Of a DNA stretch of 64,000 bases, positions 37,006 to 50,340 are shown one piece after another. Below the pieces are notes generated by a model. That model was not told the DNA's origin. It saw only the letters and a program-made list of their open reading frames with translations, and did no database searches. The stretch is from Ginglymostoma cirratum (lineage: Eukaryota): assembly GCA_024137785.1 (NCBI GenBank), contig JAHRHZ010000012.1, positions 69,347,286-69,411,285 on the forward strand. Reading direction: 5' to 3'. Made by a program: the position numbers and the translations under genes. Every line of letters starts with the position of its first letter. Position 1 is the first letter of the stretch.

Positions 37006-38349
37006 TGTAGCCAATTCTTCAGCAAGATTTCATATGATTTAAAAGCTGACAGCGAAAGTTAACACATCAAGTCATGGCTCAACAAGAACTGGTTAAAAGT
37101 GACAGATGATCTGAGGAGTTACATATTAGTCACTTGGGCGTTGAGTCCTGTAGCTGATCCTTCGGCAAAAATGCACTCAAGTTAAAAGTAGCCAAGACAC
37201 TCAAAAAAAAAGTTCAAGTTTGTGATAGACAATTTTCAGAAATTTACTAAACTCTGCCTTTTAGCATTCCACAAGACATAGAAAACCTAACATACACGCT
37301 GAGTAACTTGTTCAATATACTCCATCTTTTTACAGTAGCTTTCAAAGGAACTTTATGATTTCTGTGTGCTTCGGAATGAATTTATAATAATGGTTGGTAA
37401 TACCAAGGCACATTGCTGACTCGTTCATAGCAGATGGAGTTGCATGTGTAAAAGTAACTTTGATATTTTCATGTGTAAGGTTTTCTCCAACTGCTGTCAC
37501 TCTATATTTCAAAATGTTAATTTCAGATGCTGTAAATATGCATTTGTCCTTTTGAACATTAAATTGTGTTGTGTGAGTGAATTCAGAGCCTGATTGTGTT
37601 CTGTTTTGCCCCTTTCAGGACAATGCATCAACAAGTACATTGAGTATTCCTCAATATCTGACAAGCCTAAAGAAACAATCCTTTGGAATGGTTAAAGGGA
37701 TTAAGTTGAACTTAGTCCATAGGGCCCTCTGTGGCACTGAAATAATTTCATGAGCAATGAAAGTCGCAAGGTATTGGTTTTGTCATATGTCGAGCTTCAT
37801 GAAGACTGTAGAATCTTCATCACAAGAACTGGATACTTGTCTGGAATGAAAGCTTTGTGGACCAACTAAATATCAGCTCATGGTCCAAATTCAACATTTT
37901 TTGTGCCAGGCAGTGACTGGATTCAATGTGCAAGGTGATGGGTTGTATCACTTAGTTATACCACCTGCCTCCAGTTGTTTTAGCATCTATGACACTTTGG
38001 TATGGAATCAAAGTGGTAGATGTATCTGTCCAAGTAACCACATCTAGGCTTAACTAATCATCCAGAGACAACCTAACACATATTCAAATACCAAGCAATT
38101 GATCAGTTGTATGCATGTTCCATCAAGGGAATTGATTACCCATTATACTGACCGCATTATAGCCTTGGTGCAACCATGGACAAAAGAGCTGAATTCCAGA
38201 GATACAATGAGAATGAAAGGACTTGACAACATGACCCTATTTGACTGAGTGTGGCATCATGGAATGCAAGCAACAATGTAGCCATTGTAAATCAGTTGAA
38301 AACCTAGCATGAAGAAAGATGGTTTTGCTTAACATATGACCATCAGGGG

Positions 38350-39685
38350 ATTAGAAATAGGAGTAATAGACAGCATTAGGCCTTCAAGCCTACTTTGTCA
38401 ATTAATATGCTCATAGTTGATCATCAGCTTTAATCCCACTTTTTTGGTCTTTCCCTATATCCCTTGAGTCCTTGAGAAAGCAAAACTTCTCAGCCTTAAA
38501 TATATTTATACATCCAAATGCTACATCCACAAACCTGTTGTGGAGAAATTTCTCCTCATCTCAGTTGTATCAGTCCTATATCCTAAAACTGACCTCACAT
38601 TCCTGGTTCCCTAGACAATAGAAACAACCTTTCAAAACATACTCGCTCATCCCCCTTCAGAATGGAAGGTCGTTGGACGGCAATTATTTCTGATTCACCA
38701 ACACCTCCGGATCTCTACTGGTCAAGCAGGAGTGGGCTTGCTGTCTTCTGGGCCCTCTCTTTGATGATAAGGGTTGATTGCCTCACTACTGTGTGAAGGG
38801 AATTTCCTGGCTTGTAGCATCTGAGGACGGGTTCGGCTGGCATTTAAATCTGGTGCTAGAAGTGTGGAAGCAGGAAGTTCTGGGCTATGCCAAGAATATC
38901 TGTTCAGTTGCCATGACATTTATAATCGTAAAAACATAAAGTCATACAGCAAAGAAGCAAACCCTTTGGTCCAACTCATCCATGTCAACCAAGTTTCCCA
39001 ATCTAAAAAAGTCCCATTTGCCTGCATTTGGCCCATATCCCTCTAAACTTTTCCTATTCATGTACATATCCAAATGTCTCTTAAATGTTGTGACTGTACC
39101 TGCACTAACTCTTCCTCTGGCAGTTCATTCCACAGACGAGCCAACCGCTGTGTGAAAAAGTTACCTATCAGGCCCCTTTTAAATCTTTTTCCTCTCACCA
39201 GAAAGTTATGCTCTCTAGTTTTGAACTCCCCAACCCTAGGGAAAAGATTGTTGCTATACACCTTATCTATAATAGCGTCATAGTCATAGAACCATACAGT
39301 GCGGAAGCAGATCCTTCAGTCCAACAGTCCATGCCGACCATAATCCCAAACTAAACTAATCCCACCTGCCTGCACTTTGTCCACATCCCTCCAAACATTT
39401 CTTATTCATGTACTTTTCCAAATGTCTTCTAAATTATTATAACAGTACCTGCATCCACCATTTCCTCTGGAAGTTCATTCCACACATGAACCACTACCTG
39501 TGTAAAATAATTACTCCTCGTGTATTTTTTAAATCTTTCTCCTCTCACATTAAAGATATGACCTCTAGTCTTGAAATCGCCCACTCTAGGGAAAATACAC
39601 TTGCCATTTACCTTACTGTACCCATCATGATTTTATAAACCTCTATGAGGTTACCCCTCAACCTGCTACGCCCCAATGAAAAAGG
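38350..39685 (-). mobile_element. Cluster of CR1 3' fragments (38350-38660, 38925-39270, 39280-39685)
   Basis: ORF 39058..39261 LFPRVGEFKTREH..GNFFTQRLARLWNELPEE; tagtcataga tails. Confidence 0.85.
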
Positions 39686-41429
39686 TTAACGTTGAGTCAT
39701 TAATGAGCTGAAGGGTTGAGGATCCTACAAAAAAATTTACCTAAGAACATGGTAGAGTGGACATTATGGACCTCATTCACCACCACATTTTAACATGGGA
39801 AAAATGGGGAAACCCAGCTGTATGACTTTCATGATGAATTTCTTCCTTACGCACAGAATTTATCAGAGAAATTTTCAGGTAAGCTTTCAAAGTCGGATCC
39901 TAACGATAGTCTCATAAGTTGGCAATTGTAGGAGAACTGTCTAAAAGCTTTTGTAGTGTTAAATAGCAGGTAGACTCTAATGACATTTACAGCACAGAAA
40001 GAGGACACTTTGGCCATTGTGTTTATACCAGTCAACCAAAGTATCCCAGATAAACTTCTGGATTTTTTTTTCAGAATTGGATTTCTTTGTTTATCAGGTT
40101 TAAAATCTTATTATATTTTAAAGCTTAGTACATTTTCTTGCATAGTTCCACTGTGACTCCAGTGGCAATGTGATGGAAGGCTAGAAAACAGACTGGGATG
40201 AGGATACTTTGGATTTCAACCTGTACTTCCAATGTCCAAGAGGCATTCTGAGGGTCAGAACCTGGATCTACTCTAAATATAGATGTCCATGTCAAAGCAG
40301 GTATGGGCAGGAGAGAGGTTGAATCCTCCAACCTCACCTTCAGAGGGCTCCAGTATATATTTGGATGTGATACAGGCCAGGCATCTTTGCTCACTACATC
40401 ACACAGACTCCCACCCATCCTTCATCATCATGCTTCTTGGGGTCACCTCTGTAAATTTTGAAGAGTGAAACATTTTCTGTCGGCTTAGGATAAACAATTG
40501 TCTGAGTGCTCCTCAATACAATGGCAACGTATTGTAACTTTATTGTCTAGGTGCTATTCTTGACTCCTACAATATGCGATATGGCAGGGAAAATACGAGG
40601 GAAAGCCTTTTGGAAGAATTCCAGTATAAGTTCCGGGATCACTTTCCATAGAAGGAAAATGCCCCCAAAAACAGAGTGAAGAAATTATTTCCGTGCAATT
40701 GCAGTGACATACTTTATTGGTTTACTGGTTAACGGACAGTAAAAGAAAAACAAATTCAAATAAATTGATTGTTCCATTTTAGACTGGTGACATGCTCCTC
40801 ACTCACACTTTTTGCACACTTTATTAGATATGTATTTTGTTGAATGGGCATTTGATTGGATCATTAATCTAATCATGATGGTATTTTGATTGGACGCATA
40901 ATATTTCATAATGTATTATTTTAATGGAAGACACTTTTGAAGTATGAGTCACCGCTAGATATGATCTGTATATTTAAAGTGTCCTGCTCTTCTCAGGTAA
41001 TATTATTCTCATCAACATACATCCTAACATTTGAATTAAGAGCTAAAATAGGGCTTTTTAGCCTCTCAAACCCACTACATCATTCAGAGCCATCCAAACA
41101 CAGAAACAGATTTTAACATAGGGAAGGGAGCAGATGATGGTGGGTGAACCTCCTATTAGATTTTAACTGTTCTGCTAAGCAGACAGAGCTAAAGTTATAG
41201 CTGCAATGCTATTCATTAGGCTTAAAGGAGAGGCAGCCTGGCATTTTTGTCCAAAGACTAATTGCACTGATGGACCCAGAGTGCATTCTGGAATGCATCT
41301 ATAACTTCCTCAGCTATCGTCTTCAGAACTCTGTGGTGTAGTCCATCTGGTCTAAGTAATATATCCATCTTCAGATCTTTCAGTTTCCCTACCGCCTTCG
41401 CTTCAGTGATGGCACTACACTCACCTCTG

Positions 41430-42575
41430 CCCCCAACTCTCTTGAAGTTCTGGTATGCTACTGATGTCTTTCATTGTGAAAACTGATGAAAAGTATCTAT
41501 TTAATTCCTCTGCCATTTCATGATTTCCCCATAATTACTTCTCCAGCCTCATCTTCCAGTGGTCCAATGTCTTGCCTCTCTCTTACCTTTTGGATACCTA
41601 AAAAAGAGGCTTGCTATCTTCTTTTAAAGTTCTAGATAGCCTACACTCATATTTCACCTTCTACCCCTTTTTGGTTTTCTTATTTTTCCTCTGCTGTTTT
41701 TATAAGGCTTCGCAATCCTCTGGCTTCCCAGGAATCTTCGCAACATTCTAAGCTTTTTCTTTTGCTTTTATGCTATATCTGTCTTCCCTTGTCAGCCATG
41801 GTTGTGTCATCCTCTCCTTAGTATCTTTCTTCTTCCTTGGGATGAATTTCTGCTGTCCCTCCTGAATAACCCCCAGAAACCCTTGTCATTGCTGTTCCAC
41901 CGTCTTCCCTGTTAGGCTTTCCTTCCAATCCACTCTGGCCAGCTCCTTCACATCTTTGTATTGACCTTTACTTAATTGTAATATCATTACATCCGATTCC
42001 AGTTTCTCCCTCTCAAACTTCAGGGTGAATTCTTTCATATTATAGTCACTGCTCCCTTGGGGTTCCTGCACCTTATGCTCCCTAATCAAGTCTGCCTCAT
42101 TATACATCACCAAATCCAGAATTGCCTGTTCCTGAGTGGACCCTATCACAAGCTGCTCCAAAAAACTATCTTGTAGACATTCCACAAATTCCTTTGTTGA
42201 GATCTGCTAACAATCTGTTTTCTCAGTCCAGGTGCATATTGAAGACCCCCATGATTATTGTAGTAGTGCCTTTCATACATGCCTCTTCTATCTCCTGATT
42301 TATTTTCATTCTCACATCCTGACTACTCCTCGGTGGTCTGTATATAACTCCCATCGAGGTCTTTTTGATTTGTGGTTCCTTGACTCTAGCCACATGAATC
42401 CTATGCCTTTGGACTCTATATCACTTTTTGCTATCAATTTAATTTCATTTCTTACTAACAAGGCAATCCTGTCCCCTCTGCCAATCTGCCTGTCCTTTTG
42501 ATACACAGATTCATAGTATCCATGGATATTTAGTTCCTAGCCCTGATCTATTTGCAGCCATTTCTCCGTGATGCC
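41430..42575 (-). mobile_element. CR1 LINE endonuclease and linker region
   Basis: ORF 41886..42185 ECLQDSFLEQLV..TQEQAILDLV..GSSDYN; ORF 42312..42506 KDRQIGRGD..ALLV. Confidence 0.88.
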
Positions 42576-42663
42576 TAGAATCATGGCACAGCAATGGGGT
42601 TTTAATTGAGGGGGACCAGGTTTCTGTCTGTCTTGATGCAGTGAGCTTGCTGTCCAATGCATT

Positions 42664-42987
42664 AGGGTGGCACAGTGGCTCAGTGGCTAGCCCTGCTGCC
42701 TTAAAATGCCAGAGACCCAGGTTCAATTCCATCCTTGGGTGACTGTCTCTGTGGAGTTTGTACGTTCTCATTCTCTCTCTGTGTCTGCATGGGTTTCCTC
42801 CAGCTACTCTGGTTTCTTCCCACAGTCTAAAGATGTGCAGGTGAAGTGGGTTGGTTATGCTAAATTGCCCATAGTATCTAGGGTGGGAAATGCAGAGCTA
42901 GGATAAGGAGTGGGTCCGGATGGGATGCTCTTTGGAGGGTTGTGATGGGCTGAATAGCCTGCTTCCACACTGTAAGGATTCTATGAT
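42664..42987 (+). mobile_element. HE1 V-SINE
   Basis: gggtggcacagtggctcagtggctagc...cctgcttccacactgtaaggattctatg. Confidence 0.92.
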
Positions 42988-43044
42988 TATTCAATTAATC
43001 ATCTGTGATCCCAGTAGGGATGAGCTTATTTATCTTTATTTTCC

Positions 43045-43390
43045 TCTATTCATTCACGGGACAAGGGCATCGGTGACCAGGCAGCTTTTATTGCCCATCC
43101 CTAATTACCCAGAGGGAAGTTGAGCACTAACCACATTGCTGTGTGTCAGGAGTCACATGTAGGCCAGACCAGGTAAGGATGGCAGTTTCTTTCCCTAATG
43201 GACATTAGTGAACCAGAAGGGTGTTTCCAACAATGGGTTCACGGTCAACATTAGATTCTTAATTCCAGATATTTATTGAATTCAAATTCTACCATCTGCT
43301 ATGGCAGATTTGAACCCAGATCCCCAGAATGTTATCTGGGTCTCTGGATTAACAGTCCAGCAATAGTGCCAGTAGGCCGCAGCCTCCCCA
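43045..43390 (-). mobile_element. Shark tRNA-derived SINE (33495 family)
   Basis: High similarity to 33495-33842. Confidence 0.85.
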
Positions 43391-46199
43391 TCTTAGGGTA
43401 TATATTCAATGCATTAATTCAAAAAATCCACTCAAGGCTTTGAGTTTGAAATTTCACAGCGATATCTGCATTTTTTTAAAGGTCAATGAAAAGTCACATT
43501 GGAACTTCTAAAGCATTTCTTGGAAATCACATGGTTCCAGATAATTATTGGCTTTGGTGACTTGAAAATATTTCAGGGGAACACCTGACTGTTTTACAAT
43601 CGGATTTAAGCTGTTCTGTTTAAACAGTGTTTGCAAGCTTAAACATTGCTTGGATTTTCAATGACGAAAGCCTAGCATAGAACAAGCAGTTCAGTTCATG
43701 TCTCCTGTTTCTGAACACCTTTGCTGTGAAATCGGGGAGAAACTTGAGTGTTTTTCCATAAGTGTGTCAGAAAAAAAATCTTAATATCGTACTTCCTGAG
43801 CAAGATCGCCTGCAAAGACTGAATTGATCATCCGCGCAAAAACCCCAGATCATCAGATTTGTCTTTAAGAATAACCACTATTGGTCAGAAAGCATTTTCC
43901 TTTTAAAAGTAAGTCTCTGTTAAGAAAAATCCACTTATTCTCCATTTACCTGAAGTCGGTGGGTGTATGTGCTTGCATAATTGTGTCTTTTCTGGGTTAT
44001 TAGACAGGTGATCATTTATATTTTTATATCACAAATTGTGTGTGTTAACCAATTCCGCATCTTTATTGAACAGGTTTTATAATAAATCATTTCTTTTCTT
44101 TGCTCATTAAAGAAACCTGGTTAATGGGTCTCTTCATTTTAAGTTTAATATACAAAAAAAATCACATGATTATCTATGACCTAAGAAGCATAAGACTGCA
44201 TTAACAGACCAGTCCTCCTATCTCGGCTGTAACAGTTCTTCAAAACAACGTGGAGACACGCAGGAGATGGATGTGCTGTTCGTGACTTCCTGATATTGGT
44301 GCTCTGTTCTATTCCCATAGCATGGACGCAGCAGTCGTATTCAGGTTATATTGACATCGCCACAATCTGCATCTTTTAATCTAATGGAAGGGTCTGAAAA
44401 CTTGTGTATGATGATGTTTGTTATAATACTTCTGAGATATTGTTTAAATAAAGAAAATTATCTCTTATCCATGGGTTTCCTAATTAGTGCAATATTACAT
44501 TTGAGCCACTTGTTGCATAAATGTTATATTAAACTCACTGATGTGCACTCAGCTTACACATCGTATAGTTAGGAACATTCCTTTCTTTTACATCCCAGGA
44601 TCAGAAACATATGATAGTAATTAAAGATTTAACAGTTGCATTTTAGTGAAGTGGGCATGAATTAAGGTGGCATGTAAAGTATATGCCACCTCTATCCACT
44701 TTCTTTTCTGACAGTGTTAAATGAAACTTAGGAGTTTGAAAATATTACTCCCTTTGTGAAAAGCCTCTAACTAAGATTGATGTTCCCTAAGTCTCAGATC
44801 TTGCTATAGGTGGCCTCAGACACTATCAATGTAGTGCACAGATTGCAGACCTAGAAGAGGGCATGCTCACAGGCTCATTCAGTGTTATTATTGAGGGTCT
44901 AATTACATCTATTATTGATGCTGTTTGTCATTGCAGTGTTGAAAGCAAGGAGAACGAATGCTCAGCAATGGCCTCAGCTGCTTTGAGCCTGACTGATGAC
45001 CAAAGCCATGGCACTTAGTGAGATTAAATCTACACTGCTGAGCATGTCATTTTAACGAGACAAAATGGAGATGATCCCAATTTCCTATCATTTCAGAGGC
45101 AACAGGGAACCAATTACAGTCAGACTGTGAGGCGTCAAAATTCTCACCAGGCCTCATCTCAGTCAGACAGCTGACAAAGTGAAATAAAAAGGCCAAGTAG
45201 AGAATTTTGTCTGTGCAAAACCTTAATTTATACTTCAGCCAGCAGACAAGGCTTTTTTTTTATATATATCGCAAAAGATTGGAGCCCTTTTCATCATTTG
45301 TGTGGGCTACATCAATCCTGTTATCTTTTTCTGATAATATGGCTCAGAAGAAGGGTGGAGAAACTCATTATTTTTAGAAACCTTCACTTTTCCCACAGGG
45401 ATCTTATGGATCCTACTTAGCACCCGTCTCATTCCAGCACTGATTAAGTGGGAAATACAGGGAATCTCAAAAGGTCAAACCTATAATCAGTTGCCCTTAG
45501 GGCTTTGACATAGAAAACTTCTTAATCCAACTGAAGCTTATTTCATGCCTTTAACAAGATGTTGAGGAAAATTTGACACAGAGAGAAAAAAAATTGTAAA
45601 CAGACTCAGAGACCAGATATCATTAACGGTCTGCTATTATGTGTTGTAGAAACCTACTTTGCTTTTTTAATGTATTTTCATTTAAAATGACAAAAAAACA
45701 ATGCTGCCAATTTTCTTTGTATATCAAATATAATGCAAAAACTGTGCACAATAGATAAAGAGCTTAGTACCTCTGGGACTCGTACAGATTGCACTATTAA
45801 TCCTCTGAGTATAGAATTTTATTAACAGCTTTCAAAATATGCATTTGATCTTTCATAAAACCTGTGAGAAATATAAAATGTAATGATGCTAAAATAATAC
45901 AGCAGATTACATAATGATCTCTTCTAAGCCTACTTGCAGAAATGTCACATTCAATAATGAAAATGATAAAATTAATACTTGATGGTTAACACATGGGGAT
46001 TTTTCATTCAACATATTTGCAATCATTAATTTGATGTATATTGCATGACTATAACTATTCCAGCAAAGCCTGGATAAAGTTTCAAGGACATTAGAAGGAA
46101 AACAGGATCAGGTTAGGATGAGTTTCATTCTGATGGAAGGTTATGGACCTGAGACTTTGGGAGCCAAATTCAGTTCATTAGCAGTACTGGAGTTAGATA

Positions 46200-46712
46200 G
46201 CACAACTACTATTCTTGGGCGCCATGTAGTGCAATCAGCTGCATCCACACCGCCTCGCACAACTTCGTCATTCGCTGCCATGGCAGCTTCCTTGCATTTC
46301 CACGTTATTTTTCCCAAAGGGGAGTCAGTTGGGGCCAGGTCCCGCGCAGCCCTAGATCCATGGCCGGCGCATGCTCTGTGTGCTGAGGCACCAGAAGCTT
46401 CAACGTGTCAGTGGTGGAGGAGCCTGGATTCAGGATCTTGGTGATCGAGGAGTGGCAGCAATGGTGGAGGTGGCCCTGTAACCGAGAGCACATTACATAG
46501 ACTCGGACCAATGTCAAGCAGCGAACGGTACAGCAGCAGAGGGCAACAAGAAGAAGAGGGAAAGATGAACTCTATTGCAGTAAAATCTTGCCTTATATTC
46601 AGTGTTTCAAGATGGCACTGGAGCATGGCAACTCTTTGACTTTTGCACGTGAAAAATCACTTTTCACTGTATTTTTATATACATGTGACAATAAATCTAA
46701 ATCTAATCCAAA
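46200..46712 (+). mobile_element. GC-rich non-coding element with a Rex1-type 3' tail
   Basis: Tail cttttcactgta..acatgtgacaataaatctaaatct matches the Rex1 tails at 6620-6663 and 13307-13357. Confidence 0.55.
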
Positions 46713-48089
46713 TTTCTCAACCTGAAGGCCCTTCTGTAGGCTCATGAAGCTCCCACATCTGCTTCCAATACAGTCAATGTGAGCAGCACCTTCCAACGGA
46801 CATCCAGGTAGACACAATTTGTAACAAATAACCTGGTGATATCATGACATCACAGCACTGCCACTGATGTGGCAGCCAAATCTCAAATTTGAACCATGCA
46901 AGTCTATTCTGTGAATTTGTATATCACTCATTAAAGTTCAAATGTTCAGCTACAAAATCAACCTGCTGAGTCTCTCTTTTGTTTGGGTCATTAGGAGTAT
47001 TATTTAAAGAGCCAGGTAGCAAATTACACACAAGGTTGTTTCAAAGAGATTCTGCTATTGCGGGCTTTGTGGTCCACTTCTCAGCTTGACATGGAGTGTT
47101 GCTATATCCACACAAGGAGGGCAGAGGAATACGTAACCCACTCACATCAAGGTTGCAACAGTTATAGGGATGCCCATTGCACTGCCTCTTTATTTGCAAC
47201 ACAACAGGAAGTTGTGAAGAGGGAAACCTCTCCATGATGCTCTCTGCCAAGTTGGACACAGACCCCTTTGTGTGTTTTGACAGTGCTGGGAGGCTGCTTG
47301 ACAAGAAAGCCAATGCAGCCACTCTGTCAGTGTGCAACTTCATTAGCATTGTCCCTTTACTATTTTAATAAGTTCCTCTTCTGTAACCTCGATCGTAGAA
47401 CTTATTTGTGATCTTTAGCATGCAGAAAACCAGCATCTGTACCCTCATTCCTTCCTGATGTGGGCAACACCTAACTTCTGTCCAGTGACTCATTGCATGT
47501 AAAACCAAATTCTATATCACTGTTTTAGGTAAATGTCAATTTCTGAGCTGATGGTTGGGAGTGGCAGTCCATATCACTTCAAATTGTTGGTCTCTCTCCT
47601 GCTTCTAAACGCATGCAAACATAGAAAAAATATTGTAAAGATTGGTATATTTCTGGTGAATCTGCACTATCCTCTTTTATAGGCCAACACAACTACCTGA
47701 GGTTTGGCCCCAAGACTGAACACAGAAGTCTGGATAGAGTTTGACCAAAATTCTCCACGCCTCAACCATCATCATCTGACATTTGAATTCCAAACAGCTT
47801 GAGATAAAGGCCAGTATTCCATTCGCCATTTTTATCCATTCTGTCACATTTAAATTGTTCCCTTTTAGCAGATAGGTAATGATGTCTGAAAAATAATGTT
47901 TCTTCTGCAGATGTTGTCATCAGCTCCATGAGTAGCTATCTATCACTGCAACTTCCTGTCTCCCTCATCACTCGATTTCTGAAAAGCAGTCAAGGTGCAC
48001 TCCGAGTGATGCTCAGAAAGCTTCCACCTTTCCACGTCGCATAGTGTCAATAGCAAAGCTGGATATATTCCCCTTGGTCACTTCATCTA

Positions 48090-48262
48090 GGAAAGAAAGA
48101 TTTGTACATAGTATTTTTCAGTGTCAAAGGATGTGTCAAAATACTTTACAAGTAATAATGTACTTTGAAGGGTACCTACTGCTGTGAAGTAGGAAAGACC
48201 GCACCCAATCCATGTTCAGCAATCTTTCACAAAAAGCAAAGTGATAATGATCGGGTCATCTA
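48090..48262 (-). mobile_element. Deu-type SINE 3' fragment
   Basis: Reverse complement resembles 61420-61540 (ttcctac..cttcaaagtac..). Confidence 0.55.
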
Positions 48263-48264
48263 AG

Positions 48265-48740
48265 ACATTTATGTAAATTGTAAATATTAAGGACCCAACA
48301 CTGATCCTTTCTGCACCACAATAAACTATCCTTTTCTTCCTACTCTGTTTCTGTCCGCCTACCATCCTCTATCCATGCTAATGTATTACACTCAATCCCA
48401 TGAGCCTAATAAACTTTGACGTGGCACTCTTTCAAATGCATTTTGAAAATCCAGATATATTATGGCCACCAGTTCCCTATTAATTATCCTGCTAGTTACA
48501 TCCAATTCAAGAAATACAATTCGCCTTTCATAAAACCATGTTAATTATAATCACGTTATCTGATTGCTCTGTTACCACTTCCCTAATAATGAGTTCCAGC
48601 ATTTCCCCAATTCTGATGTCAGGCAAATTAGACTGTATTTTCCTACATTCTCCCTCACTGCTTCTGTGAAAAGTGGTCTTCCACTCGCTAACTTCCAACT
48701 GACTGAGGCCTTTCTTGAATTTAGGGAATTTTGGAAGATC
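48265..48740 (-). mobile_element. CR1 RT fragment
   Basis: ENVGKYSLICLTSELGK; YLDFQNAFERVP. Confidence 0.75.
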
Positions 48741-49518
48741 ATAGTAGATGTCATAGGCAAAGATAGCAGCAGAAAATATCTTAACTGTGATTATTTTTAT
48801 TATCAGGTAAATGAGTGCCTACGATCAATAAGACTAAACAAGGACCATATAAATCTTAGTCATTCACAGGTCCACCATCATTGAGGTAGAATTACCCATA
48901 TTTTGACTGGGACTGCAATGACTGAGGTGGAATTTTAAGTTTTGGCAGTGAAGATGACAGAGGATATGAGGACACAGTATGAAGGAGTTTGGCCATGTAC
49001 CAGGACAGCTAGGGGGAACTCAAGGGCTAACTTCCTGCTGACCAGAGTGGTAGCTCTGATCCATTTTAGCTGTTGGACCTCATTAAAATACTATCTTTCA
49101 AGCTAGGTGAAAAGACAGGTTGCTAGAGGGTTACAAACAGTTTACCGAGAGATATGGATATGGTAAATGGGTAAAACGTTGGTAATCGGAGCATAATGTG
49201 GGAAAATATGAAGTTGTTCATTTTAAGAGTGTTACTTAAATGGAGAGAAGCTCCAGAGAGCTGCAAAACAATCCTGTTAGTTACATAGACTTGGCATTGA
49301 AATGGATGCAAAATTAGAATACACTGGTCAGCTCCTCCCAGGAGGAATCATTTACATCCTTATGGCCAGAATGATTTTGTCATATTTCTATGTTTGTTAT
49401 GTTGGGATTTGCAGTTAGGTTCTACACCTTGGTGGAATCATAGCACAACAATGGTGTTTTAACTGAGGTGGACCAGGTTTCTGTCTGTCTTGATATAGTA
49501 AGCTTGTTGTGCAATGTA

Positions 49519-50069
49519 AAAACCGAAAGAACTGCGGATGCTGTAAATCAGGAACAAAAATAGAAGTTGCTGGAAAAGCTCAGCAGGTCTGGCAGCATCT
49601 GTGAAGTAAAAATCAGAGTTAACATTTCAGGCCCGGTGACCCTTCCTCAGAACTGATGGTAGCTAAGAAAACGTCGGTTTATATGCAGAAAATAGGGAGG
49701 GGGGTGGAGCAGGGAGTAAACGATAGGATTGAGCCCAAAGAGAGAGAAGAGCCATTGGATAAACAAAGGAGTTGATAACAATCTGGATAGGAGCTATTAG
49801 TTACCAACAGTCCCCATCAACAACTATTTACCCTCCTAGCCTGATCATTATCAACTTCTTTGTCTATCCAATGGCTCTTCTCTCTCTTCGGGCTCGATCC
49901 TATCATTCACTCCCTACCCCATCTCCCTCCCTACTTTCTGCATACAAACCGATGTTTTCCCAACTCTGTTCTGAGAAATGGTCACCAGACCTGAAATGTT
50001 AACTTCGATTTTTTCTTCACAGGTGCTGCCAGACCTGCTGAGCTTTTCCAGCAACTTCTGTTTTTGTTA
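49519..50069. mobile_element. Long head-to-head Penelope pLTR hairpin (family A), arms about 230 bp
   Basis: Perfect 12-bp TSD ttgtgcaatgta at 49507-49518 and 50070-50081; HHR motifs at about 49617-49654 (minus) and 49967-50004 (plus). Confidence 0.9.
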
Positions 50070-50112
50070 TTGTGCAATGTATTATCTAACAAAGTATCTG
50101 CTACCCTGACCG

Positions 50113-50340
50113 GACAAAGTCAGAAGTCACACAACACCAGGTTATAGTCCAACAGGTTTATTTGAAATCACAAGCTTTCAGAGCGCTGTTCCTTCATCAG
50201 ATGGGATCGTGACTTCACCTGATGAATGAGCTGCGGTCCGAAAGCTTGTGTTTTCAAATAAACCTGTTGGACTATAACCTGGTGTCGTGTGACTTCTGAC
50301 TTTGTCAACTCCAGTCCAACACCGACATCTCCATATCATG
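50113..50340. mobile_element. Head-to-head Penelope pLTR hairpin (family C) with an HHR on each arm
   Basis: Arms 50113-50203 and 50216-50306; plus CAC CTGATGA..GAAAGCTT GTG, minus CAT CTGATGA..GAAAGCTT GTG. Confidence 0.88.

Larger units (their letters stand above)
42577..44234 (+). mobile_element. LTR-like repeat, copy 1 (5'-truncated, ends GTAACA) with two nested SINEs
   Basis: 42577-42663 and 43391-43713 align with 49436-49518 and 50369-50688; 3' end ggctgtaaca. Confidence 0.65.

Noticed and set aside
1745-42987. tRNA genes at A/B-box-like motifs
   Set aside because: They are SINE heads followed by SINE bodies; no complete cloverleaf
44240-44400. CpG-rich possible exon
   Set aside because: No recognisable peptide and no consistent splice-site pair
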